Shown here: one piece after another, positions 39,406 to 48,216 of the stretch
How the letters are laid out: each line of letters opens with the position of its first letter
Numbering within the stretch: position 1 is the first letter of the stretch
Assembly (NCBI GenBank): GCA_040386535.1
Contig: JAZKFH010000009.1
Location: 273,296 to 337,295, forward strand
DNA from: Myxococcota bacterium
GTDB lineage: Bacteria; Myxococcota_A; UBA796; SXON01
Length of the DNA: 64,000 bases
Reading direction: 5' to 3'
Made by a program: the position numbers and the translations under genes
The notes under the pieces: model-generated
What the model saw: the letters and a program-made list of their open reading frames with translations, nothing else
What the model was told of the DNA's origin: nothing
The model's database searches: none

Positions 39406-40280
39406 CGTCCCTGCCCGATGCGACGGAAGCCGCCCCCGCGCCCCGCCCCGCCCGCGACGCGCGCTACACCCTCCGCGGCCTGCCGTTCGCCACGCTCGAA
39501 TGGGGCGCGCGCGCCGCGGACGGGGTCCCGACGCTGCTCCTCCACGGGTTCCTCGACCACGCCGGGAGCTGGTCCCGCGTGGCCGAGCGGCTCCCCGGGC
39601 ACGTCGTGGCGCTCGATCTGCGCGGGCACGGACACTCGACCTGGGCCGGCCCCGGCGAGAGCTACCACTTCGCCGAGTACGTGGCCGACGTGGACGCCCT
39701 GGTGGCCGCGCTCGGCGGGCGCGTGCGCCTGGTCGGCCACTCGATGGGCGGGACCGTCGCGTCGATGTACGCGGGGGCGCGGCCCGACGCCGTGGCGCGC
39801 CTCGCGATCGTAGACGGGATCGGCATCCCCGACGCCGCCGGCGCCGCGCGCGACCGGATGGTGCTGTTCCTCGACGGCATCACCCGCGTGCGGGCCCACC
39901 GCCCGTACCCGACGCTCGCGGCCGCCGCAGCCCGCCTCGCCGCCACGTGGTCGGGCCTCGATCCCGACTGGGCCGTGGAGCTCGCCGAGCGGGGCACGCG
40001 CCCGGTCGAGGAGGGCTTCGTGTGGCGCTACGACCCGCGCCACCTGGTCCGCGCGCCTGTCCCGTACCGTCAAGATCACCATCGGCTGTTTCTGGCCGCA
40101 ATCCGTTGTCCGGTGCTGTCCGTCCATCCGGAGCGCTCCTTGTTCGGCGCGGCGGACGTGGCCGCCCTCGAAGCGGCGATCCCCGACCTCGTCGTGCGGG
40201 ATGTGCCGGGTGCAGGGCACATGACCCAGCTCGACGCGCCGCGGGCGCTGGCCGCCCACCTCGCCGCCTTCCTGTCCTGA
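39402..40280 (+). CDS. Alpha/beta hydrolase
   Basis: LLHGFLDH, DLRGHG, GHSMGG nucleophile elbow, GAGHM. Confidence 0.93.
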   Translation: MTSLPDATEAAPAPRPARDARYTLRGLPFATLEWGARAADGVPTLLLHGFLDHAGSWSRVAERLPGHVVALDLRGHGHSTWAGPGESYHFAEYVADVDALVAALGGRVRLVGHSMGGTVASMYAGARPDAVARLAIVDGIGIPDAAGAARDRMVLFLDGITRVRAHRPYPTLAAAAARLAATWSGLDPDWAVELAERGTRPVEEGFVWRYDPRHLVRAPVPYRQDHHRLFLAAIRCPVLSVHPERSLFGAADVAALEAAIPDLVVRDVPGAGHMTQLDAPRALAAHLAAFLS

Positions 40281-40373
40281 CGCACTCCGGACGCGCCACC
40301 TTTCCCGCGTCCGCCCGTGGCCAGCCGCTACGAACGGAAGCCAGGATCCACGCGGCCTCGGCCGACCCTCGCC

Positions 40374-40404
40374 TTGACACGGCTCCTTCGGTCGCGCATA
40401 TACC
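40374..40404 (+). promoter_or_regulatory. Putative sigma70 promoter of the aromatic-CoA operon
   Basis: TTGACA at 40374-40379. CATATA/TATACC lies 17-19 nt downstream. Confidence 0.45.
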
Positions 40405-40422
40405 GTGCCGTTCGGAGACCGT

Positions 40423-41169
40423 ATGGCGATTCGCAGGCACGTTGTCATCACAGGCGGGGGGCGCGGGATCGGCGCCGAGATCGCGCGGCGTTTCGCCGCC
40501 ATGGGCGACCGCATCACGGTGCTGTCGCGCACCCGTGATGAGGTCGAGAAGATCGCCGACGAGGTCGGCGGGTATGGAATCCGTTGCGACGTGGGCGAGC
40601 CCGCCAGCGTCGAGGCCGCCTTCATGGCGGCCGGCCCGGTGGACATCCTCATCAACAACGCCGGCGTGGCGCGCTCCTCGCCCGTCCTCAAGACGGACGT
40701 GCGCGTGTGGGAGGAGCACCTCAAGGTGAACCTCACGGGCTCGTTCCTCTGCTCGCTCAAGGTGCTCCCCAGCATGGCGAGCCGCGGCAAGGGGCGCATC
40801 ATCAACATCTCGAGCGTGGCGGGCCTCAAGGGCTACCCGTACCTCGCGGCGTACTGCGCCTCGAAGCACGGCCTCATCGGGCTCACGCGGGCGCTCGCGG
40901 CCGAGTACGCCGACAAGGGCGTCACCGTGAACGCGATCTGCCCCGGCTACGTGGACTCCCCGCTGCTCACCGGCGCGATCCAGAACATCGTCGAGAAGAC
41001 CGGCCGCACGCTGGACGAGGTCCGGGCCGAGCTCGAGGCCCAGAACCCGCAGCGCCGCTTCCTCGAGGCCTCCGAGGTCGCGTCGATGGCGGTGTTCCTC
41101 GCCGGTGACGACGCGCGTGGCGTCAACGGGCAGGCGATCCCCATCTGCGGCGGCGCGCTGAACGTCTGA
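40423..41169 (+). CDS. SDR oxidoreductase (3-hydroxyacyl-CoA dehydrogenase-like)
   Basis: TGGGRGIG, NNAG, YCASK, NAICPGYV. Confidence 0.92.
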   Translation: MAIRRHVVITGGGRGIGAEIARRFAAMGDRITVLSRTRDEVEKIADEVGGYGIRCDVGEPASVEAAFMAAGPVDILINNAGVARSSPVLKTDVRVWEEHLKVNLTGSFLCSLKVLPSMASRGKGRIINISSVAGLKGYPYLAAYCASKHGLIGLTRALAAEYADKGVTVNAICPGYVDSPLLTGAIQNIVEKTGRTLDEVRAELEAQNPQRRFLEASEVASMAVFLAGDDARGVNGQAIPICGGALNV

Positions 41170-41561
41170 TGGACGGCCCGGTCGAACCTCCGGGCTGGGC
41201 CCGGCCGCGCGGCTACAGCAACGGCTACCGGCTGGGCAACCAGCTGTTCGTGGCCGGGCAGATCGCGTGGGACGCCGAGCAGCGGCTCGTCGGCGCCGGT
41301 GACTTCGGCGTGCAGTTCGATCGCGCCCTGGCCAACGTGCGCGCCGTGCTCGATGCGGCGGGCGTGTGGCCCGATCGTGTCGGCCGCGTGACCGTGTACG
41401 TGACCGACAAGCGCGCCTACCTCGCGGCCCTCCCGGCCGTGGGGGCGGCGTGGCGCGCCCACTTCGGCCGCCACTACCCCGCGATGGCGCTGGTGCAGGT
41501 GGCCGATCTGCTCGAGGAGGGCGCGATGGTGGAGATCGAAGCGACCGCGGTGTGTCCGTGA
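41169..41561 (+). CDS. RidA/YjgF family protein
   Basis: PPGWARPRGYSNG, LFVAGQI, HYPAMALVQV, VEIEATA. Confidence 0.93.
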   Translation: MDGPVEPPGWARPRGYSNGYRLGNQLFVAGQIAWDAEQRLVGAGDFGVQFDRALANVRAVLDAAGVWPDRVGRVTVYVTDKRAYLAALPAVGAAWRAHFGRHYPAMALVQVADLLEEGAMVEIEATAVCP

Positions 41562-42352
41562 GCGCGCCCCCGGAAGAGCTCCCGTTCCGGGTCGAGCTGA
41601 ACGATGGGCTGGCCCTCGTGACGCTGGACCGTCCGGATCGCCTCAACGCGTTGACCTTCGCCGTCTACGAGGCGCTCGCCGCCTGGTTCCGCGCGCCCCC
41701 CGCGGGCACGCGGGCCGTGGTCATCACGGGCGCGGGCAAGGGCTTCTGCTCGGGCGGCGATGTCGAGGACATCATCTCCCGCCTGTTCGATCTCGACGCT
41801 GCCGGGCTCGTCGCGTTCACCCGGAAAACCGGCGAGCTGGTGCGGGCCATGCGCGCGTGCCCCGCGCCGATCGTCGCGGCGATCAACGGCGTGGCCGCCG
41901 GCGCCGGCGCCATCATCGCCATGGCGAGCGACCTGCGCGTCGGCAGCACGAGCGCGCGCGTGTCGTTCCTGTTCAACAAGGTCGGGCTCTCGGGCGCCGA
42001 CATGGGCGCTTGCCACCTGCTCCCGCGCATCGTGGGCCAGGGCCGCGCGGCCGAGCTGCTCTACCTGGGCGACGTGATCGGGGCCGACGAGGGCCACCGC
42101 ATCGGCTTCCTCAACCGGGTCGTCGCCCCCGAGGCGCTCCTCCCCGAGGCCCTGGGGATCGCGCGCCGCATCGCCGATGGCCCGGCGTTCGCGAACGGCA
42201 TCACCAAGACCCAGCTCGACCGCGAGATGGACGTCTCGCTCGACGCCGCGATCGAGATGGAGGCACAAGCCCAGGCGATCTGCATGCTCCACCCGGACTT
42301 CCGGGAGGCGCACGTGGCGTGGAAGGAAAAGCGCCGTCCGCGCTACCAATGA
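41558..42352 (+). CDS. Enoyl-CoA hydratase/isomerase family protein
   Basis: DRPDRLNALT, GFCSGGDV, AAINGVAAGAG, GLSGADMGAC.LLPRIVG. Confidence 0.93.
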   Translation: MSAPPEELPFRVELNDGLALVTLDRPDRLNALTFAVYEALAAWFRAPPAGTRAVVITGAGKGFCSGGDVEDIISRLFDLDAAGLVAFTRKTGELVRAMRACPAPIVAAINGVAAGAGAIIAMASDLRVGSTSARVSFLFNKVGLSGADMGACHLLPRIVGQGRAAELLYLGDVIGADEGHRIGFLNRVVAPEALLPEALGIARRIADGPAFANGITKTQLDREMDVSLDAAIEMEAQAQAICMLHPDFREAHVAWKEKRRPRYQ

Positions 42353-42365
42353 GGTCGGGAAAGGC

Positions 42366-42902
42366 ATGACGCGTCTCGCTCAGCTGTTGCTCATCGGAGC
42401 CGGCGTCCTCGTGGGGTGCGGCACCCCTCCTGCGAGCCCCGCGCCGCCGCCCCCCTCGCCGACCACCGCCTGGATCGCGGGCATGAAGCCCTGGTATTGC
42501 GGTACTGAGTCCCTTCCGCCGCGTGTCGGTGCGGACGGCGTGTCCACGCCCCAGGCGCGGGACGTTGCGCTCAAGATCGTGCCCGGAAAGGACTCCTTCA
42601 CGGTGATCTACGCGAGCCTCCTCGGGGCCGGCGCCGCGAGCGGGTCCGCGAACGACAAGTCGATCGGCACGATGACGCGGTTCGCCGCCGCCGGGGAGCG
42701 TGGCGCCACGCTCCGGTGGGAGAACGACCAGAAGCAGAAGGGCGACGCGGCGCTGGCCTTCTCGCCGGACTTCGCGACCGTCACCGTCACGTGGACCCCC
42801 TCGGCGACCCCGCCGGGCAGCTCGCCCGTGCCGCCCGCTCCCACGACGCTCGCGGCCGCGGCCGGCTCGTCGGCGTGTGTGGCTGGAACGCTGATCCGGT
42901 AG
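42366..42902 (+). CDS. Lipoprotein, hypothetical
   Basis: Lipobox VLVGC followed by a Pro-rich linker. Confidence 0.7.
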   Translation: MTRLAQLLLIGAGVLVGCGTPPASPAPPPPSPTTAWIAGMKPWYCGTESLPPRVGADGVSTPQARDVALKIVPGKDSFTVIYASLLGAGAASGSANDKSIGTMTRFAAAGERGATLRWENDQKQKGDAALAFSPDFATVTVTWTPSATPPGSSPVPPAPTTLAAAAGSSACVAGTLIR

Positions 42903-42939
42903 GGCACGCGCGACCGAGCGCCCGGAGCGCCACCAAGAA

Positions 42940-43503
42940 GTGTTCACGGGGTGTGAACGCTTCGTGCGGGGACGCGCGCCTGCGCCGCCATACGCGGGGC
43001 CGCAGCAAGGAGCCACCCTGCCCAGCTCCCCCGACGCGGCGCGCACCTTCGATCGCCTCGCGCTCGACATGTACCTGACCCTCCGCAACCTCGACGTCCG
43101 GTGGCAGAACCTCGTCGTCGTGTGCGGGGACGCGGTCGCCCTGCTCGAGGCGAAGGAAAGGTGTGTCGAGGCCTGGCGCGAGCCGCTCCGGGCGCGCCTC
43201 GACGCCCTCTTCGGCGCCATGGCGGTGGCGCTCGAGCCGCTCGACCCGGAGGAGCGGGCCGCGGCCATCAGCTTCCATCGCCGCCTCGTCGAGCCCTACT
43301 TCGTCGAGTCGCCGTACTGTCGCCGCACGGACGATGACGCGCTGGGCATGAGCCACGCGGCGGGCGGGACGGACATCGTCCACGCCGGCGCGGAGGGCGC
43401 GCCCAGCCCGCTCGGGGCGTTGCTCGGGGCGTACACGCTCGGGGGGCCGCGCGCGGCTGGGCGTGGGGGCCTCGACTGGCTGCGTCTGGAGCTCGATCAG
43501 TGA
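42940..43503 (+). CDS. Hypothetical protein (start uncertain, ATG 43069 possible)
   Basis: Coding-like GC3 bias and a helical region FHRRLVEPYFVESPYCRR. Confidence 0.5.
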   Translation: MFTGCERFVRGRAPAPPYAGPQQGATLPSSPDAARTFDRLALDMYLTLRNLDVRWQNLVVVCGDAVALLEAKERCVEAWREPLRARLDALFGAMAVALEPLDPEERAAAISFHRRLVEPYFVESPYCRRTDDDALGMSHAAGGTDIVHAGAEGAPSPLGALLGAYTLGGPRAAGRGGLDWLRLELDQ

Positions 43504-43541
43504 GCGGGTAGCGGACCGGAGACGGGGTAGACTTCTGGCCC

Positions 43542-44591
43542 ATGCTCACCGCGCGCTACCCCTACTTCTTCGGTCCCGCCCACGCCGCGCGCGAGGCCAC
43601 CGCGGCGGCCTTCCGGGGCACCGGCACCATCCGCGAGCGGGTCGCGGCGCTCTCCGCGGCCGGCCTGCTCGACCCCACCGACGTGCGCGGGCTCGCGGTC
43701 TCCCGCTGGCACCTCGCCCACGCGGACGCGCTCACGGACCTCGCGTTCATCATCCAGGAGCTCGGCACCTTCCCGTTGATGACGGCCGGAGGGTTCGCCG
43801 ACGAGGTGGCCGAGGCGCGGGCGGGCCGATCCGTCGTGGCGTTCGCCCTGACCGAGCCCGAAGCCGGGAGCGACGTTCGCGCGCTCACGACGCGGGCCGT
43901 CAAGACCGCCGACGGGTACCGGCTCACCGGCGTCAAGCACTTCATCTCCAACGCGCCCGACGCCGACCGCGCCACCGTGTTCGCGCGCCTCGACGACGGG
44001 TCGGCCCAGGGAGTCATCGCCTGCTTCCTCGTCGAGGGCCCGGCCGCCACGCCGCAGCGCGTCGCGGGGCACTCGATCGGCCGGTTCGACTTCGTGGACA
44101 CCCCGGCGCGCCTGGTGTCCAACAAGGGCCTCGGACTCGCGTTCGCCACGCTCGAGCGCTGCCGCCCGTCGGTGGGGCTCGCGGCGATGGGGATGGCGCA
44201 GCGAGCGTTCGACGAGACCGTGCGGCACGTGCTGGCACGGCGCCAATTCGGCGCGCCCCTCGCGGCCATGCCGGTCGTGCAGGCGCGCGTAGCGGACATG
44301 GCGCTGGAGCTCGAAGCGGGCACGCTCACGGCGTTGCACGCGTGCTGGCGTCGCGACACGGCGGGCCTCGGCGAGCGTACCGGCTACGAGAGCGCAGTCG
44401 GCAAGGTGACAGCCACGGAGGCCGCCCAGCGCATCATCGACTCCGCCGTGCAGCTCCACGGCGGCCTGGGCGTGGAGGAGGACAGCGTGGTGCAACAGCT
44501 CTACCGCGACATCCGCCCGCTCCGCATCTACGAGGGCGCCACCGACGTGCTCAAGACCGTCATCGCCGCGCGATGGCTGGAGAATTCGTGA
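43542..44591 (+). CDS. Acyl-CoA dehydrogenase
   Basis: AFALTEPEAGSD, LTGVKHFISNA, RRQFG, QLHGGLGV, RIYEGATDV. Confidence 0.94.
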   Translation: MLTARYPYFFGPAHAAREATAAAFRGTGTIRERVAALSAAGLLDPTDVRGLAVSRWHLAHADALTDLAFIIQELGTFPLMTAGGFADEVAEARAGRSVVAFALTEPEAGSDVRALTTRAVKTADGYRLTGVKHFISNAPDADRATVFARLDDGSAQGVIACFLVEGPAATPQRVAGHSIGRFDFVDTPARLVSNKGLGLAFATLERCRPSVGLAAMGMAQRAFDETVRHVLARRQFGAPLAAMPVVQARVADMALELEAGTLTALHACWRRDTAGLGERTGYESAVGKVTATEAAQRIIDSAVQLHGGLGVEEDSVVQQLYRDIRPLRIYEGATDVLKTVIAARWLENS

Positions 44592-46153
44592 TCCTCGCTT
44601 ACTCCGCCGCTTCCGACCCTGCCGCTTCCGACCCCGCCGCTTCCGACCCCGCCGCATCCAACCTCGCCGCCTACTTCCTCGATGCAAACCTCCCGGTCCG
44701 TCGCGACAAGGTTGCCCTCCGCTACCGCGACGAAGCCTGGACGTTCGGCGAGATGGCCGAGGCGAGCTGCCGCTACGGCACGCACCTGCGCGCGCTGGGC
44801 GTCCGCGAAGAGGACCGCGTGCTGCTAGCCCTGGACGACACCCCCGACTTCGCGATGGCGTGGTTCGGCGTGGTGCGGATTGGTGCGGTCGTCGCGATGA
44901 TGAACCCGGGTGTGCCTCCAAAGGACTGGGCGTACTACCTACGCTACACACGGGCGCGCGTGCTCGTCACCACCACCGCGTTCGCCGAGGCCAACGCCAG
45001 CGCGATCGAGGAGGCGCTCGGGCGCCAGCTCTCGGCGGTGATCCGGGTCGACGCCGACCGCGATCTGATCCGCGCCCGCTCGGCCGAGTGCCCGTACGGC
45101 GACACGGGCCCCGACGATCCCGCGGTGTGGTTGTTCTCGTCGGGCTCCACCGGTGCGCCCAAGGCGTGTGTACACGTCGCGCAGGACTTCATCTTCAACA
45201 CCGAGATGTACGCGAAGCAGGTGCTCGGCATCCGCGAGGACGACGTGACGCTCGGCGTCCCCAAGCTGTTCTTCGGCTACGCGACGGGCACGAACTTGAT
45301 GTTCCCGTGGGCCGTCGGCGCGACCACGTGCCTGTTCTCCGAGCGCGCGACCGTCGACGAGGTGATCGCCAACATCGAGCGGTTCCACCCCACGATCGTC
45401 ACCAACGTCCCGACGATGATCCACCGCATGTTGGAGCACCCGCGCTGCGACACGATGGATCTGTCCTCGATCCGCCTCGTGCTCTCCGCGGGAGAGGCGC
45501 TCCCGGCCGAGCTCTACACGCGCTGGATGAAGCGCACGGGCGTCGAGATCCTCGACGGCATCGGCTCCGCGGAGCTGTTCCACATCTACATCACGAACTT
45601 CCCCGGGGATGTGCGTGTCGGCACGCTCGGCAAGCTCGTACCCGGCTACGAGGCGAAGATCGTCGGGGACGACGAGCTCCCCGTGCCCGCCGGCGAGATC
45701 GGCACCTTGTGGGTCAAGGGCCCGTCGAACGCCATCTGTTACCACCAGGACCGCGCCAAGAGCCGCGTGACCTACCGCGGCGAGTGGACCACCACGGGCG
45801 ACCAGTTCTGCCAGGACGCCGACGGCTTCTTCGTGTACTGCGGCCGTGCCGACGATCTGCTCAAGGTGGGCGGCGTGTTCGTGTCCCCGGCCGAGGTCGA
45901 GAATTGCCTGCTCACCCACGAGGCCGTGCGCGAGTGCGCGATCGTGGGGGTCGAGCGTGAAGGCCTCACGACGACGGTGGCCTTCGTCGTGGCCACGCGG
46001 GCGGGGGACGACGCGCTCGGCCGCGCCCTCCAAGAGCACGTCAAGTCCAGGCTTGCCCCGCACAAGTACCCGCGATCCGTGCGGTTCCTCGACGTGTTGC
46101 CGCGCAACGATCGCGGCAAGGTGGCGCGCGCCGAGCTCAAGCGGTTGTGTTGA
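44588..46153 (+). CDS. Benzoate-CoA ligase family protein (aromatic acid-CoA ligase)
   Basis: WLFSSGSTGAPK, PKLFFGYATG, SAGEALP, LDGIGSAE, GRADDLLKVGG, LPRNDRGK. Confidence 0.92.
   Translation: MILAYSAASDPAASDPAASDPAASNLAAYFLDANLPVRRDKVALRYRDEAWTFGEMAEASCRYGTHLRALGVREEDRVLLALDDTPDFAMAWFGVVRIGAVVAMMNPGVPPKDWAYYLRYTRARVLVTTTAFAEANASAIEEALGRQLSAVIRVDADRDLIRARSAECPYGDTGPDDPAVWLFSSGSTGAPKACVHVAQDFIFNTEMYAKQVLGIREDDVTLGVPKLFFGYATGTNLMFPWAVGATTCLFSERATVDEVIANIERFHPTIVTNVPTMIHRMLEHPRCDTMDLSSIRLVLSAGEALPAELYTRWMKRTGVEILDGIGSAELFHIYITNFPGDVRVGTLGKLVPGYEAKIVGDDELPVPAGEIGTLWVKGPSNAICYHQDRAKSRVTYRGEWTTTGDQFCQDADGFFVYCGRADDLLKVGGVFVSPAEVENCLLTHEAVRECAIVGVEREGLTTTVAFVVATRAGDDALGRALQEHVKSRLAPHKYPRSVRFLDVLPRNDRGKVARAELKRLC
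44606..44661 (+). repeat. 15-bp tandem repeat (gccgcttccgacccN) x about 3.7, encoding AASDP
   Basis: Directly visible at the 5' end of the CoA ligase. Confidence 0.85.
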
Positions 46154-46896
46154 TGCCGGACCTCATGAAGCTCGCCGAACGCCGCTCCCCCGACGCGGGC
46201 TTGAGCGGGGCCTGGGCGCTCCTCCCCCTGGGCTCGTGCGAGGCCCACGGCCCCCACCTGCCGCTCGACACCGACGTCCGCATCTCCGAGGAGATGGCCG
46301 TGCGCGCCGCGCGCCGCCTCGTGGAGAGGGGCGTCCCCGCCGTGGTGCTCCCCACGCTCCCGTATGGTGTCACCACCAGCGCCGGCCCCTTCCCGGGCAC
46401 CCTCACGATCCCCGAGGCCGTCGTCACCGCTCTGATCACGGAGATCCTCGCCTCGGCGGCGACGCAGGGCGCCCGGGGCTTCGTGCTGGTGAACTCCCAC
46501 TTCGAGCCCGCCCACATCGGCGCGCTCTTCGCCGCGGTGGACGCCGTGCGCGTCCGCACCGGCCTCCCCGTGGTGTACCCGAACCTCGCCTCCCGCCGCT
46601 ACGCCGCCCGCCTCGGCCCCGAGTTCCAGTCCGGCGCCTGCCACGCCGGCTCCTTCGAGACCTCGCTGGTCCTGGCCGTGCGCCCCGACCTGGTCGGCGA
46701 CGACCGCCACGCCCTCCCCGAGGTCGCCATCGATCTGGCCGCCGCCCTGCGCGCCGGGGCGAAGGACTTCAAGGAGATGGGCGCGGCCCAGGGCTACTTC
46801 GGGCAGCCGGCGGCGGCGTCCGCGGCAGAGGGCCACGCACTGTACGAGGAGATGGCGAAGATCGTAGAGGAGGCGGTGGTCGGCGCGGGAGGGTGA
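46153..46896 (+). CDS. Creatininase family amidohydrolase
   Basis: LPLGSCEAHGPHLPLDTD, FPGTL, VNSH, HAGSFETS. Confidence 0.92.
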   Translation: MPDLMKLAERRSPDAGLSGAWALLPLGSCEAHGPHLPLDTDVRISEEMAVRAARRLVERGVPAVVLPTLPYGVTTSAGPFPGTLTIPEAVVTALITEILASAATQGARGFVLVNSHFEPAHIGALFAAVDAVRVRTGLPVVYPNLASRRYAARLGPEFQSGACHAGSFETSLVLAVRPDLVGDDRHALPEVAIDLAAALRAGAKDFKEMGAAQGYFGQPAAASAAEGHALYEEMAKIVEEAVVGAGG

Positions 46897-46911
46897 TTCG
46901 AGCGGTGCGAC

Positions 46912-48216
46912 GTGCTACTTCGCAGCGCCGTGTCTTCGCTCTTCCGTCGCCTTGCACTATCCTTCGCCGATCCCGCGCTCGAGCGCGACTGGTGGATCTG
47001 GTTCGCCGCCGAGCGCGCGCGGGTGCTCCGCGGCGGGATCGTGGTGCTGCTCGGTGCGATGGTCCTGTTCATCCCGTTCGACCGGGAGATGTACCCCGAG
47101 GCCGCCGGCACGCTCCTCGCCATCCGCCTGCTCACGATCGCGCTGATGCTCGCGGCGGTCCCCGCCCTGTTCGGGCCCCGCTCCAAGGAGCTGTTGGCGA
47201 CCCACGGCCAGGAGCTGCTGCTCTACGTCTGCCTCGTCACGTTGACCGGCCTCGGGGCGATCGGGTGGGTGCTGGCACCCGTCCTGACCGACGAGCGCGC
47301 GTACGCGCCCCTGATGGCGTTGTGCCTCACCGTGGCCGGCCTCTGCAGCGCCACCGGGCTCCGCTTCCGCTACGCGGCGCCGCTGTCGCTCACCGTCACC
47401 GCCCTGTTCGCGCTGGCGGCCGAGGTGCGCGGCGATCCGCCCGCCGGGTACGGCCTCGCCGTCCTCACGTTCGGCGTCGGCGTCAACGCGATCGGGCTCG
47501 TGGTGAGCTGGTCGATGGAGCATCAGGGGCGGCGCGCGTTCCAGCGTGCGCGTGAGCTCGACCACGAGCGGCGCCGATCCGAGGCCCTCCTGCTCAACGT
47601 GATGCCCCGCGCATACGCCGATCGGCTCGCGGCCGCCGGCGGCGGCGCGTGTGTCGACCGGCTCCCCGACGCCACCGTGTTGTTCGCCACGGTCGTCGGG
47701 TTCACCGAGGCCACGGCGGACCATCCGCCCCTCCAGGTGGTCGTCCTGCTCGATCGCCTCGTCGCGACGTTCGATGCGCTCGCCACGGTCGAGGGCGTCG
47801 AGCGCATCAAGACCATCGGCGCCACCTACATGGCCGCGGCGGGCGTGACCGACGCGCGGGCCGACCACGCCGAGGCCGCCACCCGCCTCGCGCTCGCCAT
47901 GCGGGACGCGATGCGGGGCGCTGCCCGCCGCGAGGGCCTGCACCTCCAGCTACGCGTCGGCATCGCGTCGGGACCGCTCGTGGCCGGGGTCATCGGCCGC
48001 AAGCGGTTCGCGTTCGACTGCTGGGGTGACACCGCCAACATGGCCGCGAGGCTCGACGTCTCGGGTCACCCCGACCGGATCCACGTGAGCGCGGCGACCG
48101 CCGGGAAGCTCGGCGCGGCCTACGTCGTGGCGCCGCGCGGCGCCGTGTTCCTCAAGGGCAAAGGCGCCGTGGAGACCTTCTGGATCGACGGCGCCGAGCC
48201 CCCGGGCGACACATGA
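46912..48216 (+). CDS. 6TM class III adenylate cyclase subunit, C2-like (no metal-binding Asp; has K/D/N/R)
   Basis: Six TMs, SEALLLNVMP, LFATVVGFT, IKTIGATYM, FDCWGDTANMAARL, KGKG. Start could be GTG 46930. Confidence 0.92.
   Translation: MLLRSAVSSLFRRLALSFADPALERDWWIWFAAERARVLRGGIVVLLGAMVLFIPFDREMYPEAAGTLLAIRLLTIALMLAAVPALFGPRSKELLATHGQELLLYVCLVTLTGLGAIGWVLAPVLTDERAYAPLMALCLTVAGLCSATGLRFRYAAPLSLTVTALFALAAEVRGDPPAGYGLAVLTFGVGVNAIGLVVSWSMEHQGRRAFQRARELDHERRRSEALLLNVMPRAYADRLAAAGGGACVDRLPDATVLFATVVGFTEATADHPPLQVVVLLDRLVATFDALATVEGVERIKTIGATYMAAAGVTDARADHAEAATRLALAMRDAMRGAARREGLHLQLRVGIASGPLVAGVIGRKRFAFDCWGDTANMAARLDVSGHPDRIHVSAATAGKLGAAYVVAPRGAVFLKGKGAVETFWIDGAEPPGDT

Noticed and set aside
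46153..46896. Mycofactocin (MftE) locus
   Set aside because: Creatininase fold only. No mftA/B/C neighbours, and the window's radical SAM is a distant B12-binding type.
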